Under the pieces are notes generated by a model. It worked only from the letters and a program-made list of their open reading frames with translations. It was not told the origin of the DNA and made no database searches. Positions 34,481-42,406 of a stretch of DNA of 42,406 bases are shown here, piece by piece. Positions within the stretch are counted from its first letter, which is position 1. Each line of letters starts with the position of its first letter. The translations under genes and the position numbers were made by a program. Source of the DNA: Octopus bimaculoides (Eukaryota); the NCBI RefSeq assembly GCF_001194135.2, contig NC_068983.1:83956362-83998767 (forward strand). The letters run 5' to 3'.

Positions 34481-37194
34481 TGAAGGAAGGAAGGAAGGAA
34501 GGAAGGAAGGAAGGAAGGAAGGAAGGAAGGAAGGAAGGAAGGATTGCTAGCTAACCAATTCTTCTCTCAAAATCTATTAATAAATACTTCTGCGAACTTT
34601 TCTATTTTGAGACTTCGTCCACACTAAGCTACTTATTCACGCCTAAAAGACGTACGTGTATTGCTAGGGTGAGACGTGTGCGTTACTTCAGTTAAGTGAC
34701 TCACGAAAAATTTGTTTTGACTGTTGTTTTATGCAAATTTTTAGAAGACAGAAAAATATTGACCTGGAAATCAAAGATTGGCCAAGAGAAAACGCGGTGA
34801 TGTAGTTGTTTTTATTTAGTTCCAGGTTAACCCTGATTGAGCAAACTTCTAATGAAAGATGTTCTAGCCATGGACATCTTGTCTTGATTCATAGTGTATC
34901 TATGACTGCATATTCAATGTAGCCTTAGCCTTCCTTCTGTAATATGTTAAGCCAGATTTTGACAGATTTTAGTTTTATTTAGATCAGGTTGAATGACCAA
35001 CTAGAGGCCTCTAGTTGGTTCATTGAGAAATGTGACTAGGGAGTTTAAGTGGAGATAATGCACAGAAATTTCCTAATTTATTTCATTTAGAGACACCTTG
35101 GGAAGATGAAGCCTTAATGCAATGTATCTAGGGTTATATAACCTGACAGATTATCTCCCAGAAACACCCGAGAAAGAATTTTGTATCAATTTGATGTGCC
35201 TTTGCCATTTATTTATTTTACCTTCTTCCTGCAAGGTAGACAAAACCATTTGAAAGTTAAGTGTCTCAGAAGACATTATCGTTAAAGTAGAAAAAGTAAA
35301 TAAAGGATTTACCTACGTTGATAGTGTATTTATACTGTTGGTAGATTAAGAAGGTGAACCTACCTACTATTAAATATTTGAAATTTGCACATTTATTTCT
35401 ATATTTTGGAGCTAAGGTTAGTGAAACAGAGCGTACATTTTGTAGAGTAGATAGCACTGAAGTTGGTTTGTTGAATCACCAACTGCTGTAATTAGTCTAT
35501 AATTTTTATACTTATACCTACAATATTATATTAGCTGACCTATACTAGTCTTTTACACAACGATTTTGTGTTCCATTAGAATAGAGTTATTGACATTTGA
35601 AGTAACACGAAGTAAACAAAAGAAAACATCAAAGTAAGGCCCTGAAAACAGTAGAAAATATTATATACTGTTTTTTGAGAGTGTTCGTTTTGCTATATGT
35701 AATAATTGATCACTATTTATTCTGTTTGATCTTTACCAATGCCATTCAAATATCAGTAGACTAGATCTGACAGCAATTAGCATCGTTAGGAACGTTTTGC
35801 AGAAATCATGTCACTAAATATTATTGAATTCATTTTTATCTTGCTATGAAACTCTCAGAAGTTCTGCTAATTGATACACATACATATATACGCGCGAGCA
35901 TGCATAATGTTTTTTTCTATCACAACCATATATGAATATGTATTTACATAAATAAATATATGCACGCAAATATATAGCACATATATATTTATATACTTAT
36001 GTATGATGTTTACATGTATATGTCGAAGTTTTCAGAACTGTGGAGCTACTGGCTTCAGCGTAATCAATGTGTAGAAAAGATTTCATATCAACATAATACT
36101 ATAGCTAATCTCAGTGCAATGTTTTAATATCTCAGCTGGATTTCACCTAGTTTAAGTTTTAGTTTTGAACATGAGAGCCGATGAATTTATTGTTATTTTC
36201 GTATATTCGAAGGTCAACTTTTAAAACAATAATAGAGATTTCTAAGATAACATAAAATGGAGAACGAGAATCGCCGCTCATATCATGTCCAGTGTTTGAC
36301 TCATTCCTATTTTATCTATCCCAAGGGGTTCATAAAGGAAATCGGTGGTCCGGTATTGGATGAATGAAAAACAACCTCGACACCGACTTTTTTTTAACTT
36401 TTTTTTTATCGTTTTACATCCATATTTTCCAGTCTATTTGAATGGTGATGATTTTTGACTGATAGAATAAGAGTAAAGTATTGCGAAAAATAAACGCATC
36501 AAAAATAGAAAGAAAGACAATGAAGTAAAATGAAGCATGAGCAGCATAAGTTCCCATATTTGTGTGTGTGGGGGGTGGGGGTGTTTGTGTGTCTGTGTTC
36601 GCGCGCGCTCGAAGAAGTTCCTCGACTAATGATTAAATAATTGATGCTTCTTATAATGTCTAAAATTTTCGTAAATTTCTGGCCTAGTATTCAACTAGAC
36701 ATCATGGTTATGTAGATTTTTTTTTAGAATGAGATATTTTCTGTTGTGAAAAGATCACGTTTTCTTTTCCATTGTTGAAACAACACTGATCATTCAATAA
36801 TTCTCGTTTTGGTATTGCAATTAGACGCTTTTCTTTTAATTATACCAGATATAGTCGGTTAATTTTGACGAGCTTTCCTTTCGACATGTCGGGAAAAAAA
36901 TACAGTCGTAGATATCTTTGCTTGAATTCTGCTTAAAATATCCTATGTATCATTTAAGTTTTAAGTTGCAGTTTTGTTCGCGAAGAAAAATTCTACTTCG
37001 AAAATGATTTCTTCGTGGTAAGACATAGCTGATATTTTTGCATTAGCATACGGTCTCAGATATATTTAGAGTGAGACTGTAGTATTACGTTCTCTAATTT
37101 TCTCTTTTTATTCAGAAATTTGTAACTGCATGATAACAAAGTGAACTTCTTAGACAATTAGCCATGCTGTGTTCATATATGTATATATCATATT

Positions 37195-37440
37195 GGAGCA
37201 TGAGGGTAATGGTCTCAGAGTTGATAGAGGGAAGCTTATTCAGGACGTTGTTGAAATGCTCTTCCCACCTTTGCAGGACTGCATTTTCGCCAGTGAGGAG
37301 AGTGGTCCCGTCAGCACGAAGCAGTTCCGGAGGACTGTGGTCCGTTAATGATTTTCAGGGCATCGTAGAAGCGCTTGGAATTGTTGTTGTCAGTGTACTT
37401 CTGTATCTCAATCGCCTCTTTGTAGAGCCAGTAATCTGCA
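37195..37440 (-). mobile_element. RTE-clade (BovB-like) LINE fragment, EN-RT linker
   Basis: ADYWLYKEAIEIQKYTDNNNSKRFYDALKIINGPQSSGT /frameshift/ LRADGTTLLTGENAVLQRWEEHFNNVLNKLPSINSETI matches the RTE motifs EIQ.YAD....K.FYDALK.VYGP...LLSADG.TLITD...IL.RW.EHF..VLN. Confidence 0.88.
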
Positions 37441-38306
37441 CCTTGACCGGTTACCTAGTGGTTAGATTTCAAATCACCGCTAATGAATTTGATAGATGTA
37501 GTGTGTGTGTGTGTGTGTGCATGCATGCGTGTGTGTGCATATTTATACATACATATATCTATATATGTACCTGTGTGTGTATGTAGACTTGTGAGTAAAG
37601 GCATTCTACCTCTGACCATCCCGACGTTTTGTACATCTAGGACTACATTGTCCAATATGTTCAGAAGGGATGATTTTGAGGAAGATTTGACTGTTATTTC
37701 CAGCAGAAGTGCGACTACATAGAGGTTCTCTCATTAGTTCATATCTACTACTGAGATGTAATACTGGAAAAGAAGTTGATAATGATGGTGTTGATGATAT
37801 TTCCGAGAGGGGATAATGATGCTATAAGCTTGTCGTTGGCAGAAGTGAGTTAGAAGGCGACCTCAAATTTAAACAGAGACCTTGTTAAAGAGCCGTAATC
37901 AGCATATTGGTTTAGCTCATGTATCACTTGCAGGCACTGTGTGTGGGCTTTTTAGCAAAGGAGGAAAATAATTCTTCTAATATTTACCATCTGTCGCAGA
38001 TCTTCAAATATTTCACCAACTTCCTTGAAATAGGGGGAAAAAGCCGGGGGTAATAATGACTGAAAAATTGTCAACATAAGGTCGGAACTTAAACTACCAT
38101 TTCACTATTTCACTGTCTCTGTATATCTATTCTTCTTTCCTTCAGTCTCTGTTGTTATGATTTTGTACCTCTCTCCTTCGCCCTCTTTTTCTCTGTATGT
38201 GTGTGTGTGTGTGTGTGTGTGTGCGCGTGCGCGTACGTATGTGTTTGTGCGTGTGCATGTATGTACGTATGTATGTGCGTGTATGCATGTCTCTTAAATT
38301 TGTGTA

Positions 38307-38455
38307 TAGGTGCAAGCGTGACTTTGTGGTAGGAAGCTTGCTTCCCTACGACATAGTCCCGGGTTCAGTCCAACTGCCTGGCACCTTCAGCAAGTGTCAT
38401 CTATTATAGCCTTGTGGGTGGATTTGATAGACGGAAACTGAAAGAAGCCCATCGT
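38307..38455 (+). mobile_element. SINE family 1, 5' half
   Basis: gtggtaggaagcttgcttcc...cgggttcagtcc...ggcaccttcagcaagtgtc...gatagacggaaactgaaagaagccc, ending in (TA)n. Confidence 0.85.
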
Positions 38456-38486
<31 letters not shown>

Positions 38487-39636
38487 TTAAAATTTAGGGT
38501 TTAGCAAGTACTGCTTCCCCACACACCGAAAATTAGAAATAGCAGCCAAAACTACTAAAATACGACTCCCAAAAGCAGTAATACTCGCAAACTACAAAGG
38601 CAAAAAAGGAAAAAATAATGAATCTACCCGACCTTGATTAATTGTGGACGCATTTCTAGATCTATGAAATGTAAAAAAATTAATTGTTAATTTTTACCCT
38701 GTGTGTGTGTGTGTGTATATATATATATACATATACATATAGGGAGTAATAAACAGTCGACAACTGTGGAGGGGTTAGACTTCTTTTGATATTTTGCCCT
38801 GTATTTATGTTTCGTGTTTACGTATATAGATATACAAGTATGGAAGCATTCGGTGAAGTCGATTTCACGTGAAAAGCGATTACACACACATCTCTGTTTT
38901 ATATATAGTATATATATATATATATATATATATNNNNNNNNNNNNNNNNNNNNNNNNNNNNNNNNNNNNNNNNNNNNNNNNNNNNNNNNNNNNNNNNNNN
39001 NNNNNNNNNNNNNNNNNNNNNNNNNNNNNNNNNNNNNNNNNNNNNNNNNNNNNNNNNNNNNNNNNNNNNNNNNNNNNNNNNNNNNNNNNNNNNNNNNNNN
39101 NNNNNNNNNNNNNNNNNNNNNNNNNNNNNNNNNNNNNNNNNNNNNNNNNNNNNNNNNNNNNNNNNNNNNNNNNNNNNNNNNNNNNNNNNNNNNNNNNNNN
39201 NNNNNNNNNNNNNNNNNNNNNNNNNNNNNNNNNNNNNNNNNNNNNNNNNNNNNNNNNNNNNNNNNNNNNNNNNNNNNNNNNNNNNNNNNNNNNNNNNNNN
39301 NNNNNNNNNNNNNNNNNNNNNNNNNNNNNNNNNNNNNNNNNNNNNNNNNNNNNNNNNNNNNNNNNNNNNNNNNNNNNNNNNNNNNNNNNNNNNNNNNNNN
39401 NNNNNNNNNNNNNNNNNNNNNNNNNNNNNNNNNNNNNNNNNNNNNNNNNNNNNNNNNNNNNNNNNNNNNNNNNNNNNNNNNNNNNNNNNNNNNNNNNNNN
39501 NNNNNNNNNNNNNNNNNNNNNNNNNNNNNNNNNNNNNNNNNNNNNNNNNNNNNNNNNNNNNNNNNNNNNNNNNNNNNNNNNNNNNNNNNNNNNNNNNNNN
39601 NNNNNNNNNNNNNNNNNNNNNNNNNNNNNNNNNNNN

Positions 39637-39695
<59 letters not shown>

Positions 39696-39797
39696 CATAC
39701 ACCACCACCCCCCACACACACACATCTATCTACATAACAGCCCACTAACTATTCTACTTTACCTGTGTAAGTTGTGGGTATGGGGGTATGATATCTA

Positions 39798-40400
39798 TCA
39801 TGTATATTTCCTATTTAGTATTGGAGAAGTTTCATTTATGAGGACGTACTTCTGTATTTGTCTGAGTGTTGGGGCCTTTGGGTGCTTGGATAAGATGCGA
39901 ATGTCAAGTTGACCCAGGTAGCCTCCGTGTTGGTCCTTGGCATGTTGGTAGAGTATGGAGGACTGTTTTTTGTCGTCATATTGTGTCAAATGTTCATTTA
40001 GTCGTTCCGCAATGCTCCTGGATGTCTCCCCTATGTATGTCATGTTCATGTCTTTACAAGCACCTTCTATGCATCTTATGCTGTAAACTATATTTCTAGT
40101 TCTACAGTTAAAGCCAGGGCTAATCCTACGTGCCATGCAGTCATCATTGGTGTATATGGTATTCTCAAAGGGATACGTCCTACATAGTTGTGATATGATG
40201 GAGTTCCCTGGCTTTTCAACAATCTTAATGTTGAGTTTGGACTCCTTCAGAGCTTTTCTAAACCAACGCGCTTGTTCTCCATGGGCTATGGCCTCTACAA
40301 ACATCACTCCTTGATATTTGTCGGTTTTATACCACGTGTTCGCCCTGCTTGCTTTGTCACAAGTTCTTTGTATCCTATTTCAGTCTCTGTTTCTTATAAG
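39798..40400 (-). mobile_element. Penelope-like element, 3' part with GIY-YIG endonuclease
   Basis: ORF 39798-40307 reads NCRTRNIVYSIRC...YIGETSRSIAERLNEH...LYQHAKDQH...LRQIQKYVLINETSPILNRK. The same frame continues upstream as RNRD*NRIQR...TWYKTDKYQGVMFVEA. The conserved E before 'LIN' appears lost. Confidence 0.93.
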
Positions 40401-40504
40401 GCACCAAAAGAGAATGACTCTCCCCAGACACAACAGAATATGCTTCAACACACGAACTCACATAAAGAATCTTGCAAACCAAATCCCAAAACGAAATAAA
40501 TAAG

Positions 40505-40536
<32 letters not shown>

Positions 40537-41977
40537 TNNNNNNNNNNNNNNNNNNNNNNNNNNNNNNNNNNNNNNNNNNNNNNNNNNNNNNNNNNNNNNN
40601 NNNNNNNNNNNNNNNNNNNNNNNNNNNNNNNNNNNNNNNNNNNNNNNNNNNNNNNNNNNNNNNNNNNNNNNNNNNNNNNNNNNNNNNNNNNNNNNNNNNN
40701 NNNNNNNNNNNNNNNNNNNNNNNNNNNNNNNNNNNNNNNNNNNNNNNNNNNNNNNNNNNNNNNNNNNNNNNNNNNNNNNNNNNNNNNNNNNNNNNNNNNN
40801 NNNNNNNNNNNNNNNNNNNNNNNNNNNNNNNNNNNNNNNNNNNNNNNNNNNNNNNNNNNNNNNNNNNNNNNNNNNNNNNNNNNNNNNNNNNNNNNNNNNN
40901 NNNNNNNNNNNNNNNNNNNNNNNNNNNNNNNNNNNNNNNNNNNNNNNNNNNNNNNNNNNNNNNNNNNNNNNNNNNNNNNNNNNNNNNNNNNNNNNNNNNN
41001 NNNNNNNNNNNNNNNNNNNNNNNNNNNNNNNNNNNNNNNNNNNNNNNNNNNNNNNNNNNNNNNNNNNNNNNNNNNNNNNNNNNNNNNNNNNNNNNNNNNN
41101 NNNNNNNNNNNNNNNNNNNNNNNNNNNNNNNNNNNNNNNNNNNNNNNNNNNNNNNNNNNNNNNNNNNNNNNNNNNNNNNNNNNNNNNNNNNNNNNNNNNN
41201 NNNNNNNNNNNNNNNNNNNNNNNNNNNNNNNNNNNNNNNNNNNNNNNNNNNNNNNNNNNNNNNNNNNNNNNNNNNNNNNNNNNNNNNNNNNNNNNNNNNN
41301 NNNNNNNNNNNNNNNNNNNNNNNNNNNNNNNNNNNNNNNNNNNNNNNNNNNNNNNNNNNNNNGACCGTTATTAAGACAAAAGAGCTATTAGAATGACCGC
41401 TAAGTGAGGGGAGGGAGTAAAAATGTCCATAGTATTCGCATAAGCGCACCAGTCCATACATACACATGCGCGCCCGCATACCCACGTACATGCGCCTATA
41501 TGTATATACTCATTCACCCTCGCTTGAAACGCACACATACTCACCCGCACATTCACCAAAAAAATATATATATCGCATATACACTCACACACACACGCGC
41601 GCAACACGCTCGCACCCACACACACGCGCGCAAAAAAGGTTCATACACACGTCAATATACGCACATGCCCAAGAAAAACTGGGCTAAAGGCAAAATACAG
41701 TAAAAAGTGTAAAAAAGTGTGAAAAAGCCATAAGGGCAAAACACGTCTATGTGCACACATTCTCGCATGCACGCACACACATCTATATATACACGTACCC
41801 GCGCACACGCACACATCCACAAGTGCGCACAAAAGGTTCCATGTACACGTCTATAGACGCACAGGGAAAAAGCAGGGTGGAAGAGAGAATACAGAAAAAA
41901 TATGTGTAAAAAATATACAAAACAATATCTATAAATATGTAAAAAAAATATATTAAAAAATATATAAGAAATTTAAG

Positions 41978-42388
41978 TCAAAAGTATAGAGAGATAAAAA
42001 GCTTGTACATAGACACAATATAGAAAGCAAGTCCTATCAGTAATCTCGGGGGGGACCAAAAATGTAGCAAATATTTAGTCACATGTGGACATGATCCGAA
42101 AAGTTCAGTTCTTGAATTTAGACATGTGCCAGGGTCTAAGCTGCCTTTCCAGATGAGCCATCTTTCCATATCACAAAGACCGCACTTTCCGCTGCCGTTG
42201 GTGTAGGGTTTACACTTGGCTAAGATCTTCCGATGGATGTTATAACTGACACCTTTATGTTTTAAGGACCATATATGACTGGATAATTTGGTTGTTTTCC
42301 TTTTATCCCAGTGCCTGAAGCTGAAGGTGTGATTATTGAATTTGGCCTTGATATTACACTCTATAAGGCCCACGTATAAGAAGATAAG
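41978..42388 (-). mobile_element. Penelope-like element GIY-YIG C-terminus, probably Naiad-like
   Basis: LIFLYVGLIECNIKAKFNNHTFSFRH...TTKLSSHIWSLKHKGVSYNIHRKILAKCKPYTNGSGKCGLCDMERWLI...LNSRTELFGSCPHVTKYLL shows the YVG motif, NNH..SF, LS.HIW.LK, CxxC and LN.R.EL...C.H..K.LL signature. Confidence 0.88.
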
Positions 42389-42406
42389 TTTGTATATAAA
42401 TATATA

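Noticed and set aside
34612-34668. 57-nt segment with good splice signals, open in phase 0
   Set aside because: It is too short to be significant and its phase is incompatible with the open frame of 33426-33609.
35250-35460. Frame VSEDIIVKVEKVNKGFTYVDSVFILLVD*EGEPTYY*IFEI, reminiscent of a DNA-transposon protein
   Set aside because: It has multiple stops, no diagnostic motif and no termini.
38840-38880. GTGAA/TTCAC hairpin resembling hammerhead stem II
   Set aside because: There is no CUGANGA core on either strand.

Overview
A 42-kb piece of AT-rich animal genomic DNA, very rich in microsatellites, with 11 N-gaps. It is not prokaryotic, and I see no operon, rRNA, tRNA gene or CRISPR array. 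The repeat complement (several abundant tRNA-headed SINE families plus dense dinucleotide and tetranucleotide arrays) resembles what I recall of Octopus genomes; this assignment is inference. Almost all long ORFs in the supplied track are artefacts of microsatellites or gaps. The real coding signal is mostly mobile-element debris. It includes two families of R4/Dong-like RLE non-LTR retrotransposons, one bounded by (TAA)n and one by (CATA)n, and two Penelope-like GIY-YIG endonuclease fragments. There are also two decayed mariner transposons, a Tc1/mariner MITE, a CR1/Jockey-group LINE fragment, an RTE LINE fragment, about 15 SINE copies and a possible Helitron-like element. Four short segments carry minimal hammerhead-ribozyme-like folds with atypical cores, as expected of Penelope pLTRs or retrozymes. 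Three unique-sequence segments on the + strand (6344-6464, 23258-23540, 33426-33609) have canonical splice signals and open frames and may be exons of unidentified host gene(s). The most interesting signals are the microsatellite-specific RLE retrotransposons and the variant hammerhead modules. I cannot establish from sequence alone that either is undescribed.
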